From the NCBI GenBank assembly GCA_019912395.1, contig JAIOIH010000085.1:1353-65352 (forward strand): 64,000 bases of DNA, in the 5' to 3' direction. Shown here one piece after another: positions 1-8,613 of this stretch. Positions within the stretch are counted from its first letter, which is position 1. The number at the start of each line of letters is the position of its first letter. Source of the DNA: Flavobacteriales bacterium. GTDB lineage: Bacteria; Bacteroidota; Bacteroidia; Flavobacteriales_F; PHOS-HE28. A program made the position numbers and the translations under genes. The notes below the pieces were generated by a model. It worked only from the letters and a program-made list of their open reading frames with translations. It did no database searches and was not told where the DNA came from.

Positions 1-619
1 GATATATATTGAGCATAGAGCTTTGTAATCCAGTTGCTACCAATACCCCATCCACGTACAGCGATGGGATATGTTGCGCATAAACTAACACGAAATGATG
101 CCAACCAATCAGAGATGCGGAATAGACTAATGGTGATGCCGTATAATTATGTGCATGCTCTATAACCTGCACTTGGTTATTCCCAACATTAATCCCTACC
201 CCTGCAGTATTGCTTCCCCAATTATTGCCGTGCGGGGCGTGGATTACTGCCATTGCTCCCAGTTCCTCATTCCCAGTAATGCCTTGTTGCATTATCAAAT
301 CAGCTTGAGCCGGGTTTGCCCAAAATGAAATTGTAAAATTGTTAGGTGATTCGGTGACAACGTGTTGAGTCCTTATATATGAACCATCTACATCTTGGTG
401 AATTGCAGAAGCGGGTGTCCCGTATCGGTCTGTTGTAAAGATAGCCCCCCCGTGGAGTGTTCCATTATTTGCATCAGCACTTTCATCGTTGGCATTGCCG
501 CTAAACGGGTACCACCCAACGAGTCCATCAGTTGGGACATAGCTTGGGATTACTTGTGCACTAACGCGAGTGTTAATAGTAACGAAAATGCCAGCGGCGA
601 GAATCAATCTGCTCTTCAT
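1..619 (-). CDS. Secreted LamG-like (concanavalin A-like jellyroll) domain protein; 5' part only, runs off the window edge
   Basis: Read by hand, not in the ORF track: ATG at 619, MKSRLILAAGIFVTINTRVSAQVIPSYVPTDGLVGWYPFSGNANDES...FTISFWA...WHHFVLVY...LYVDG. Signal peptide plus the PSYVPTxGLVGWxPFxGNAND motif typical of Bacteroidota LamG proteins. Visibly more AT-rich than the rest of the window. Confidence 0.8.
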   Translation of the reverse strand, partial: MKSRLILAAGIFVTINTRVSAQVIPSYVPTDGLVGWYPFSGNANDESADANNGTLHGGAIFTTDRYGTPASAIHQDVDGSYIRTQHVVTESPNNFTISFWANPAQADLIMQQGITGNEELGAMAVIHAPHGNNWGSNTAGVGINVGNNQVQVIEHAHNYTASPLVYSASLIGWHHFVLVYAQHIPSLYVDGVLVATGLQSSMLNIY

Positions 620-695
620 CACAAAACTGATTTTGAAAGAAGCACCCGTGCTTCCAAGGTTAGGCTTGTTGGCAATAATATGACAATTTTTGCTT

Positions 696-842
696 TCATG
701 TGAGAACTATGAGAAATTCATTTTGCTCAGGTTCTTGTCCTTCCCAGTCGTTGATCTGCACATGGCCGCGCTTGCAGGCCTCCACGGCCACGCTGCGAGT
801 CTTGCACAGGCGCACGCACCAGAGGAATTTGTCCAAGCGCAT
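696..842 (-). pseudogene. Truncated RNA-binding S4 domain protein (Hsp15/HslR-like), N-terminal fragment
   Basis: MRLDKFLWCVRLCKTRSVAVEACKRGHVQIND matches the Hsp15 N-terminus. The frame then runs into unrelated AT-rich sequence and stops after 48 aa. Confidence 0.7.
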
Positions 843-896
843 GGGGCGAAGTTGGGGCCTGCATTGCAAACCCGGTTCCATCTGCGGGGGCATCCG

Positions 897-1008
897 GTTG
901 TCCGTTGTCGGTTGTCAGGCGTAGTGCCTTCACGGCCATGCGGATCCGGACCACTCACCACAAGTCCGTGCGCCCTATGCCCTACGAACTACGAACTACT
1001 CCCTAAGG
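897..1008. repeat. Repeat A copy 1 (heptamer-bounded element)
   Basis: Near-identical to 1521-1625. Ends are built of 7-mers (GTTGTCC GTTGTCG GTTGTCA ... GCCCTAT GCCCTAC GAACTAC GAACTAC). Has one more GAACTAC unit than copy 2. Confidence 0.9.
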
Positions 1009-1053
1009 GTCTCGCCACACAGCATCCGTGTTCATCAGTGTCCGTCCGTGGTG

Positions 1054-1083
1054 AAAGAAAAAAGGAGGCCTCGCGGCCTCCTT
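1054..1083 (-). terminator. Intrinsic terminator
   Basis: Minus strand AAGGAGGCC-GCGA-GGCCTCCTT followed by a T-rich tract. Homologous to the terminator at 1638-1665. Confidence 0.75.
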
Positions 1084-1086
1084 CAT

Positions 1087-1254
1087 GGCGCTCGGCTGTG
1101 CCGAGTGCCTTTTCTTCGGCGGTCTCTGGCCGAATTCCACTGGCCTGCGCATACATCATTCAGATACAGGCTTCAAGTTGCTGGAACCCGCCGGAGGCGG
1201 ATCAAGAGCCGGGCACTCGGCAGATTGTTGGAATTACTGCTAAAGCCGAGCGCC
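1087..1254. repeat. Repeat B copy 1: 168-bp REPIN-like structured element
   Basis: Terminal arms GGCGCTCGGCT...AGCCGAGCGCC with nested TGCCGAGTGCC...GGCACTCGGCA. Six substitutions relative to the copy at 1305-1472. Confidence 0.9.
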
Positions 1255-1304
1255 GGGATCGGGGCGCCCGATGCCCTACGAACTATTCCCCACCCCTGCC
1301 TCAC

Positions 1305-1472
1305 GGCGCTCGGCTGTGCCGAGTGCCTTTTCTTCGGCGGTCTCTGGCCGAATTCCACTTGCCTGCGCATCCATCATTCAGATACATGCTTCACGTTGCT
1401 GGAACCCGCCGGAGGCGGATCAAGGGCCGGGCACTCGGCAGATTATTGGAATTACTGCTAAAGCCGAGCGCC
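1305..1472. repeat. Repeat B copy 2
   Basis: Direct repeat of 1087-1254 at an offset of 218 bp. The shared tail GGGATCGGG follows both copies. Confidence 0.9.
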
Positions 1473-1520
1473 GGGATCGGGTGCTTCTTTTGTTCGTGAT
1501 CCAATTTGAGTGGAAGTCCT

Positions 1521-1625
1521 GTTGTCCGTTTTCGGTTGTCAGGCGTAGTGCATTCACGGCCATGCGGATCCGGATCACTCACCACGAGTCCGTTTGCCCT
1601 ATGCCCTACGAACTACGCCCTAAGG
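1521..1625. repeat. Repeat A copy 2
   Basis: Direct repeat of 897-1008. Confidence 0.9.
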
Positions 1626-1637
1626 ACGAATGCTCAC

Positions 1638-1665
1638 AAAGAAAAAAGGAGGCCTTTCGACCTCC
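1638..1665 (-). terminator. Intrinsic terminator of tRNA-Arg
   Basis: Minus strand GGAGGTC-GAAA-GGCCTCC plus TTTTTTCTTT, about 10 bp after the tRNA 3' end. Confidence 0.8.
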
Positions 1666-1675
1666 CTTCCCTCAG

Positions 1676-1749
1676 TGACCCCGGGAGGATTCGAACCTCC
1701 AACCGGCAGAACCGGAATCTGCTATTCTATCCAATTGAACTACGGGGCC
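1676..1749 (-). tRNA. tRNA-Arg(CCG)
   Basis: GGCCCCGTAGTTCAATTGGATAGAATAGCAGATTCCGGTTCTGCCGGTTGGAGGTTCGAATCCTCCCGGGGTCA folds as a cloverleaf, anticodon loop TTCCGGT. TACCTTCGC promoter-like motif at 1781-1789. Confidence 0.97.
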
Positions 1750-1792
1750 TAGATGTCCGCTCCTTTTGCCCGGAGCGGGCGCGAAGGTAATG

Positions 1793-2710
1793 CTATCGTT
1801 CGGCTCTGCTATGCGCCCGCATCAGCATGGTGACATCCTGCACGTTCTCCGCCTTGGTCCAGGTGGTGCTTAGCTGGTGTTCGTCCATATTCAATTGCTC
1901 GGCGGCGGAGGCCCTCAACGCGGCTTGGGAAGCGGCATCGGGGAAGAGGCTGTCCAAGGGCATCGCCGGGCGCACATCCTCCGCGCGGAGCGGATGGCCT
2001 TGTGCCGTGGCCACCTCGGCCAGCCACCGCGCCGTGCGGCCGAACGCACCCTGCAAGCGCACCGGGGGCCCTTCGCGCACGTATGCGGCACCGCGTGCGT
2101 TGCCCGCAAGCACGCGCACCAAGCGGCCTTGTTCCTGCGCGAAGGCGAAGCTGTATTTTCCATCGTATTCCACGAAGATCAGTTGGCCGTCCTTGTTGAT
2201 GCCCCAATGGCCATCCACCTCCGTGTGCATGGTGTTGGAGCTGGTGAACGAGGTGGCATCGCCGTTGGGTAGGAGGAGGAGCCTCGTGGTGCGCGCATCG
2301 GCGTGCTGGGCCGGGTCCGCTACATAGTTGCCGGCCATGCGCCGGTCCGGCACCGGCGGGCAGGTAACGGCCACATCCATGTGCATGTAGCGCTCGGCGA
2401 TCAGCAGGCTGTCCGGCCCGCCAGCGGGGTCCGGCGCGTAATGCCCGCTGAGCCAGGTCTTGATCCATTGGCCGGGTACGGTGTTGAGGTAGGTGTAGCG
2501 ATGTGCGATGCTGTCCAGTCCCGGACCCGTGAGCCGGAAAACAGCCAAGCTGCCGCACGGACCGAAGGCCGTATCGCCGGACAGGATGCGCACTTCACCC
2601 TGGAAGTTCGTACCGGCCGGATCGGAAGCAGGCTGCTCCGTGGCAACGGGCCCATGGCAGCCGTACACAAGGACGGCTGCCATGGTCAAGATCAGTGGCA
2701 ATGGGCGCAT
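1793..2710 (-). CDS. Hypothetical lipoprotein
   Basis: MRPLPLILTMAAVLVYGC lipobox-like signal. Start chosen just after a TACTTTCGC motif. Confidence 0.7.
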   Translation of the reverse strand: MRPLPLILTMAAVLVYGCHGPVATEQPASDPAGTNFQGEVRILSGDTAFGPCGSLAVFRLTGPGLDSIAHRYTYLNTVPGQWIKTWLSGHYAPDPAGGPDSLLIAERYMHMDVAVTCPPVPDRRMAGNYVADPAQHADARTTRLLLLPNGDATSFTSSNTMHTEVDGHWGINKDGQLIFVEYDGKYSFAFAQEQGRLVRVLAGNARGAAYVREGPPVRLQGAFGRTARWLAEVATAQGHPLRAEDVRPAMPLDSLFPDAASQAALRASAAEQLNMDEHQLSTTWTKAENVQDVTMLMRAHSRAER

Positions 2711-2799
2711 GGGGGCGAAAGTACCGGAAAGGAGAAGCGGGAGCGGGAAAGGCAATGGGGGATCTACCGATTTTTTCAGGAGCACAACCTGAGAACACG

Positions 2800-2808
2800 T
2801 ACCTTTGC
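2800..2808 (+). promoter_or_regulatory. Bacteroidota sigma-70 -7 element upstream of typA
   Basis: TACCTTTGC matches TAnnTTTG. The same motif precedes tRNA-Val (13626), the cold-shock gene (31810), rpsU (55661) and the tRNA cluster (57326). Confidence 0.65.
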
Positions 2809-2839
2809 CCGCTTTTTCAATGACCTCTCCCTGATCCCC

Positions 2840-4651
2840 ATGAAGGAATTACGCAACATCGCCATTATCGCCCACGTGGACCACGGCAAGACCACCCTGG
2901 TGGACAAGATCCTCCATCAATGCCAGCTGTTCCGCGTGAACGAAGAGGTGAAGGACCTGTTGCTGGACAGCAATGATCTCGAGCGCGAGCGGGGCATCAC
3001 CATCCTGAGCAAGAACGTAAGCGTGCATTACAAGGGCGCCAAGATCAACATCATCGACACCCCCGGCCACAGCGACTTTGGCGGTGAGGTGGAACGCGTG
3101 CTGAACATGGCCGATGGTGTGGTGCTGCTGGTGGATGCCTTTGAAGGCCCCATGCCCCAGACGCGCTTCGTGCTGGGCAAGGCCATCGAACTGGGGTTGA
3201 AGCCGGTGGTGCTGATCAACAAAGTGGACAAGCCGAACTGTACGCCCGAGGAAGTACACGAGGCCGTGTTCGACCTGATGTTCTCCCTGGGCGCGAGCGA
3301 GGAGCAGCTGGATTTTCCCGTGGTCTACGGATCGGGGAAGGGCGGCTGGATGGGACCGGATTGGAAGACACCGACCACGGACGTGAGCCACCTGCTGGAC
3401 GTGGTGCTGGAACATGTGCCTGCGCCGAAGAAGGTGGAGGGAACGCTGCAGATGCGCATCACCTCGCTCGATTACAGCTCCTTCCAGGGGCGTATTGCCG
3501 TGGGGCGTATTTCCCGCGGCAGCATCCGGCCCGGCCAGCAGGTGGTGCTGGTAAAAAACCAGGGCGGAACGGTGAAGGGGCAGGTGAAGGAGCTGATGGT
3601 ATTTGAGGGCCTGGGCAAGGTGAAAGTGAAAACCGAGGTTGGCTGTGGCGAGATCGTCGCACTGATGGGCTTGGAGAATTTCGATATCGGCGACACCGTC
3701 GCGGATGCGGAGAATCCCGAGGGCTTGGCGAAGTTCAAGGTGGACGAGCCCACCATGAGCATGCTCTTCACCATCAACAACTCCCCGTTCTTCGGCAAGG
3801 AAGGCCAGTTCGTCACGAGCCGGCACATTCGCGACCGCATCTACAAGGAGATCGAGAAGAACCTGGCCATGCGCGTGCAGGAGACCGATTCTCCCGATAA
3901 GCTCCTGGTGTTCGGCCGGGGCATTTTGCACTTGAGCATCCTGGTGGAGACGATGCGCCGCGAGGGCTACGAGTTCCAGCTGGGCCAGCCCCAGGTCCTG
4001 TACAAGGATGTGGACGGTGTCCGCTGCGAGCCCATCGAGCTGCTCACCGTGCAGGTTCCGGAACAGTTCAGCAGCAAGGTGATCGACAATGTGACCCGCC
4101 GCAAGGGCGAGATCGTCAACATCGAGCAGAAGACCGATCGCGCGGTCCTCGAGTTCTCCATTCCGGCCCGCGGCATCATCGGCCTGCGCAATACCTTGCT
4201 CACCGCCACGGAAGGGGAGGCCATCATCGCTCACCGCTTCAAGGGCTACGAGCCGTACAAGGGTGAGCTGGGCGTGCGTCGCGCAGCGAGCATCATCAGC
4301 CAGGAGACCGGTACCGCCATTGCCTACGCCATGGACAAGCTCCAGGACCGCGGTCGCTTCTTCGTGGATCCCAACGAGGAGGTGTACGGCGGCCAGGTGA
4401 TCGGCGAGAATCCCAAGACGGACGACCTGGTGGTGAACGTGAACAAGACCAAGAAGCTCACCAATATGCGTGCTTCGGGTACCGATGACAAGTCATCGTT
4501 GGCACCGGCCACCAAATTCTCCCTGGAAGAAGCCATGGAGTACATCAAGGAGGACGAGTACTTGGAGGTGACCCCGAAGAGCCTGCGTATCCGCAAGATC
4601 CTCCTGGACGAGAACGACCGGAAGAAGGCCAAGAAGCCGCAGAACGTGTAG
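2840..4651 (+). CDS. typA: Translational GTPase TypA/BipA
   Basis: [41 protein letters not shown]-terminal [12 protein letters not shown]. Confidence 0.98.
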   Translation: MKELRNIAIIAHVDHGKTTLVDKILHQCQLFRVNEEVKDLLLDSNDLERERGITILSKNVSVHYKGAKINIIDTPGHSDFGGEVERVLNMADGVVLLVDAFEGPMPQTRFVLGKAIELGLKPVVLINKVDKPNCTPEEVHEAVFDLMFSLGASEEQLDFPVVYGSGKGGWMGPDWKTPTTDVSHLLDVVLEHVPAPKKVEGTLQMRITSLDYSSFQGRIAVGRISRGSIRPGQQVVLVKNQGGTVKGQVKELMVFEGLGKVKVKTEVGCGEIVALMGLENFDIGDTVADAENPEGLAKFKVDEPTMSMLFTINNSPFFGKEGQFVTSRHIRDRIYKEIEKNLAMRVQETDSPDKLLVFGRGILHLSILVETMRREGYEFQLGQPQVLYKDVDGVRCEPIELLTVQVPEQFSSKVIDNVTRRKGEIVNIEQKTDRAVLEFSIPARGIIGLRNTLLTATEGEAIIAHRFKGYEPYKGELGVRRAASIISQETGTAIAYAMDKLQDRGRFFVDPNEEVYGGQVIGENPKTDDLVVNVNKTKKLTNMRASGTDDKSSLAPATKFSLEEAMEYIKEDEYLEVTPKSLRIRKILLDENDRKKAKKPQNV

Positions 4652-4660
4652 GAGGTGTTC

Positions 4661-4710
4661 TGTCCTATGCCCATGTCCTATGCTCAAGCACAGGACATGG
4701 GCATAGGATA
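4661..4710. repeat. Heptamer-based (TGTCCTA) palindromic repeat
   Basis: TGTCCTATGCCCATGTCCTATGC...GCACAGGACATGGGCATAGGATA. Relatives at 34932-34999 and 51988-52043. Confidence 0.85.
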
Positions 4711-4763
4711 AGTCCGTACCTCCGGAACGTGCTCACCCCGGATCGGGGCGGCTTGGAGCGAAA

Positions 4764-5858
4764 TCACTCGCCCAGGACCAGCAGCCGCGTGCGGAAGCTG
4801 TCGCCTAGGAGGACCGTGTAACATCCCGGCGAGATGCCGTTCAGGTCGAGCGTAAAGGGCAAGCTGCCCGTTCGGCCCGTCAGCACGATCCTGCCGGAGG
4901 CATCGATCAGCTGCACCGGCATTTGAATTCCAGTACTGACCCCGGTGATCGTAACGGACCTCGTCGCCGGGTTGGGGAAGAGATCGATGGACTGCACGCC
5001 GGTGATGTTGCCGATGCCGCTCGTGCCGTTCAACAGCCATTGCAGGGCATCCCGCAGGTGGGTGCGGAACAGCGCATCGCCCAAGTAGTCGGTCTGCGCA
5101 TGCCCCAAGGCCGTATAGAACACCCGTGATCCGCTGGGCAGTGCCCGGTACCAGCTCATGGGCCGCGGGGCATCGTAGGAGTTCACCATGCCATTGGGGC
5201 CGATGGTCTCCTCCACTTCCAGCACCACGGTGTTTTCGGTGCCGTAGTACCCGTTCTCCCAGTAGTAGTACTCCTCGTTCTTCTGCCAGGGGTCAGGTAG
5301 CTCCGCGGTTGAGGGGTGCTGCCCGATCTTCCAGATGGCATGGCTCGGCGTGCCCGCGACATGGTTGGGGGCTTCCTGCACACTGGCTCCGAGCAGCTCC
5401 GGGTAATAGTCCCACGTACCGGTGAGGTTGCCGTTCGCGCTGCTGTGGCGGTAGGTGTCGCTGGCCGCATGGATGCCCAGGACATGGCCGCCAGCGGAGA
5501 CCCACAGTTCAAAATTGGCGCGCTGGCCGGCATCAAGAATTGCGTTGCCGCTGGTGTTGCTGAAAATGACCACATCATACGCGGCCAAGGTGGCGGGGTC
5601 ACTGAACGGATCCCCGGTCGCATCATCATCCACTGCGATGCCGAGTTCGTCCGCGATGGAGGTGAACATGGCGTAGGATGCCGACCGCGTGTTGTGATCG
5701 TAGCCGGAGGTACGGGTAAAGTGCAATGCCCGAATCTGTGCCTGCGCGCCGAACGGGAGTGCCAATACGAAGAGGACCAAACCGATGCTCCGCGCGATGT
5801 TGATCGCCGGGAAACGGGATGGGGCTGCGGTGCATGCCATTGGTGCAGGTTCGTTCAT
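4764..5858 (-). CDS. ThuA-like domain protein with T9SS C-terminal sorting domain
   Basis: FTRTSGYDH, YDVVIFSNTSG, LGIHAASDT, EEYY, RVFYTALGH (ThuA/DUF1080 type); C-terminal LFPNPAT...LIDASGR...PGCYTV. Start uncertain. Confidence 0.85.
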   Translation of the reverse strand: MNEPAPMACTAAPSRFPAINIARSIGLVLFVLALPFGAQAQIRALHFTRTSGYDHNTRSASYAMFTSIADELGIAVDDDATGDPFSDPATLAAYDVVIFSNTSGNAILDAGQRANFELWVSAGGHVLGIHAASDTYRHSSANGNLTGTWDYYPELLGASVQEAPNHVAGTPSHAIWKIGQHPSTAELPDPWQKNEEYYYWENGYYGTENTVVLEVEETIGPNGMVNSYDAPRPMSWYRALPSGSRVFYTALGHAQTDYLGDALFRTHLRDALQWLLNGTSGIGNITGVQSIDLFPNPATRSVTITGVSTGIQMPVQLIDASGRIVLTGRTGSLPFTLDLNGISPGCYTVLLGDSFRTRLLVLGE

Positions 5859-5978
5859 GGGATTCCGGTTTTGCCGATCGGGTGCGAATGTTCCTTGAGG
5901 CATAGGACCCCAACCTCGAAGGTACGACACCGCACCGGGGCGGATCTTCCGTTCCGGTAGAACCGGCTTACCGGCCCC

Positions 5979-7097
5979 TTATTCCAGTACGGGCAGGGCT
6001 TCCTCCACCGGCTCCTTCACTTTCCTGCGGAACCAACGGACACCCTTGTCCATGAATCCGATGTGCATGTCGAAGCGCTTGACGAAGTTGAGGCGGATGC
6101 TGCCCACGCTCCAATAGAAGCTGTTCCGGTCCTCCAGCAGGTAACCGATATTCTCCTGATTGAAGGAGATGCCGAAATAGTACCGGGCACTGTTGTAGCC
6201 GGCACCGGCGCGAAACTGCCCATGCCAGCCCGCTCCCGCACTGGTCTTCAATTCTTCCTCCCCGCTCGAGGCGGAACTCACGGCTCGTTGGAGGCTGATC
6301 CCCCCGCCCAGAACGACCGAGCCCGTGAAGAAGACGTGCTCCTTGATGACCAGCGTATAGGCATAACCCGCGCTTGGACCAAGGTCCAGGAAGCCACCGC
6401 GGCGCAATTGCAGGCCGGGATCGAAAAGGTCGGCATATTGCACCGGCACCAAGGATGAATCCGACTTCAGGTGGAAGTAGGTAAGGTAACCGCCTGCCAA
6501 AAAGGAGCCTTGGCTCCTGCGCTGCCATGCGTCCTGGTTGAAGGCTGCGCGATAGCTGAAGCGGTCGTTGTTGAATATGTGGACGGTACTAAGGCCCAGG
6601 TTGTATTGCACGAGGTCCGGGCGCGTGGGCAGTTCGGTGTCCTGATGCCAGCCCAATTCCGGCTGGGTGTGTGAGCTCAGGTAGTAGCCTTTGTAGCGCT
6701 GCAGGAAGAGGTTGGTGGCCCAACGCTTGGCGAGGATGTTCGCCTGGGCATCGAAATAGTGCGTTTTGCCACGCTTGTCCTCGTCCTTGTTCAGGCCCGG
6801 GATGCCCACGCCGATGTTGAGGGAGAGCGCACGGTAGCTGGCGCCCACGCCGAAGTTGACCTTGTTGTTCGGCCGGTAGATGAGGGCCTTGGTTCCCTTC
6901 GTTCCACCGAGCTGCAGCTTGTTGTACTTGGTGCTGAAGTAGAGGCGGCCCGTAAGGATGTGTGAATAATCCTTCACGTAGGTGGTGTCGAACGTATCAG
7001 GCTCCTTCCCGGATCGGGCGTGTACGGCTTGACCGGCCCACGCCAAGAGCAGCAACCATGAAGCGGAGGATCGGTAAAGCAGGCGAGCCAATGGCAT
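5979..7097 (-). CDS. DUF4421-like outer-membrane beta-barrel protein
   Basis: Signal peptide; YRPNNKVNFGVGASYR, YKGYYL, FSYRAAFNQDAWQRRSQGSFLAG motifs. Confidence 0.75.
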   Translation of the reverse strand: MPLARLLYRSSASWLLLLAWAGQAVHARSGKEPDTFDTTYVKDYSHILTGRLYFSTKYNKLQLGGTKGTKALIYRPNNKVNFGVGASYRALSLNIGVGIPGLNKDEDKRGKTHYFDAQANILAKRWATNLFLQRYKGYYLSSHTQPELGWHQDTELPTRPDLVQYNLGLSTVHIFNNDRFSYRAAFNQDAWQRRSQGSFLAGGYLTYFHLKSDSSLVPVQYADLFDPGLQLRRGGFLDLGPSAGYAYTLVIKEHVFFTGSVVLGGGISLQRAVSSASSGEEELKTSAGAGWHGQFRAGAGYNSARYYFGISFNQENIGYLLEDRNSFYWSVGSIRLNFVKRFDMHIGFMDKGVRWFRRKVKEPVEEALPVLE

Positions 7098-7219
7098 AGG
7101 GTACAAAGGTCGCCCAACCCCGTCCATGTGCGAGGGGGAGCTGTGCGACCGAGGTGAACCGATGGCCCAGCCAGGTGTACGGAAGCACGAACATCCCACT
7201 AACCCCAAGCACGTTCAGC

Positions 7220-8545
7220 ATGAAAACGCCCATCCTTCTCGCCATGGCCTCCGGATCCGCGCTCTTCGGCGCACTGGCCCTGTTCTCTTTCAGCAAATCC
7301 CCTGCGATCGGCAGCACGGATCACCAGCCCAAGGACCATCCCAAAGGCTGCGTGTTCAAGACCGTGTATGAAGGGGAGGGGCTGGATTCCGCCTTCGTAC
7401 TAAAAACGTCCGCCGAGGTGCTTACCTCGGAGAACCGCGCCTATGACTGGTTGATCACCGCCCAGAACAACGATGGAGGATTTGCTGCGGGCAGCCATGC
7501 GCGCCAGGATGTGATGGACCCGCATGCCGCGGCCAGTGACCCGGCCACCACCGCCATGGTGAGCATGGCCCTATTGAGGGCCGGGAGCACCGTGAAGGAC
7601 GGCCGCTTTGCGACCGTGCTGGCGCGTTCCACCGAATTCCTGCTCAAGTCCGTTGAGAACGCACCGCAGGATGCGCTCAACATCACCCCGCTCACCGGTA
7701 CCCAGATCCAAGTGAAGCTCGGCCAGAACATCGATGTGGCCCTCACCGCGCAATACCTCAGCAACCTCATGGGCCGCATGCCGTGCAACGATCCCAAGCA
7801 CGACCGCTGGTTGAACGCATTGAACAAATGCACCGCCAAGATCCAACGGTCGCAGACCGCGAACGGCAGCGTGCAAGGCAGTGGCTGGGCCGGGGTGCTG
7901 CAATCCAGTTTTGCCACCAACGCCCTGGAGAGCGCCGAGCACGTGGGCGCGGACGTGGACGAGAAGGCGCTGGAGAAGGCACGCGAGTTCCAAAAGGGGA
8001 ATTTCGACGCCAACACCGGCACGGTGGCCACGGAAGCCGCAGCGGGAGTGACGCTCTATGCGGTAAGCGGGAGCACACGGAGCAGCGCCAAGGAAGCGCG
8101 GCAAGCGGAAGAGCTGATGGACCGTGCCAAACGCGAAGGCAAGGTGGACAAGGACGCTCCAGTTAGTTCGGATGCATTGCAGGAGGCCGGCATGAGCCGT
8201 GATGAGGCCGAAAAGGCCACCACCGCATACAATGTCTACAATGCCGCCAAGGTGCGTGCGCAGTCCAATGAGGTGCTCAACGGTTTTGGCAACAACGGCG
8301 GCGAGGAGTTCTTGAGCTTTTTGCAGACGGGCGAGTCGCTCATCATCAACAAGGACCAAAGCTGGCGGAAATGGTACGATTCCACCACGGCCCGGTTGGT
8401 GGGCATCCAGAACAACGATGGAAGTTGGAACGGGCACCACTGCATCACCAGCCCGGTGTTCTGCACGGCCACGGCATTGCTCATCCTCAGCGTGAACAAT
8501 GATATTGAAGCGCTGGTGGCGCAGGGCGCGTCGGTTCGGAAGTAG
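7220..8545 (+). CDS. Secreted prenyltransferase/squalene-cyclase-repeat-like (alpha/alpha barrel) protein
   Basis: WLITAQNNDGGF, IQRSQTANGS and LVGIQNNDGSW QW-like repeats; N-terminal signal or anchor. Confidence 0.65.
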   Translation: MKTPILLAMASGSALFGALALFSFSKSPAIGSTDHQPKDHPKGCVFKTVYEGEGLDSAFVLKTSAEVLTSENRAYDWLITAQNNDGGFAAGSHARQDVMDPHAAASDPATTAMVSMALLRAGSTVKDGRFATVLARSTEFLLKSVENAPQDALNITPLTGTQIQVKLGQNIDVALTAQYLSNLMGRMPCNDPKHDRWLNALNKCTAKIQRSQTANGSVQGSGWAGVLQSSFATNALESAEHVGADVDEKALEKAREFQKGNFDANTGTVATEAAAGVTLYAVSGSTRSSAKEARQAEELMDRAKREGKVDKDAPVSSDALQEAGMSRDEAEKATTAYNVYNAAKVRAQSNEVLNGFGNNGGEEFLSFLQTGESLIINKDQSWRKWYDSTTARLVGIQNNDGSWNGHHCITSPVFCTATALLILSVNNDIEALVAQGASVRK

Positions 8546-8559
8546 CACAGTGAACGCCG

Positions 8560-8595
8560 GAAAAGGGTGCTGACCGCGTGGTCGGCGCCCTTTTC
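8560..8595. terminator. Bidirectional intrinsic terminator
   Basis: GAAAAGGGTGCTGACC-GCGT-GGTCGGCGCCCTTTTC between convergent genes. Confidence 0.8.
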
Positions 8596-8613
8596 ATTTC
8601 GATCGGAACACGA

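Noticed and set aside
1087..1472. Known riboswitch or ribozyme (lysine, cobalamin, hammerhead)
   Set aside because: I could not find their conserved core motifs by eye. An Rfam search is needed.
1..1749. tRNA-Arg as attB with a duplicated 3' end
   Set aside because: I could not find a repeat of the tRNA 3' end or an integrase within the window. It cannot be excluded beyond the left edge.
690..1790. ORFs across the repeat region (690-1499, 1048-1461, 1271-1678, 1506-1790)
   Set aside because: These are translations of duplicated palindromic DNA and tRNA antisense sequence, with no protein-like features.
2303..2839. N-terminal extension of TypA in the ORF track
   Set aside because: It overlaps the divergent lipoprotein gene. 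Homology starts at ATG 2840, after a promoter motif.
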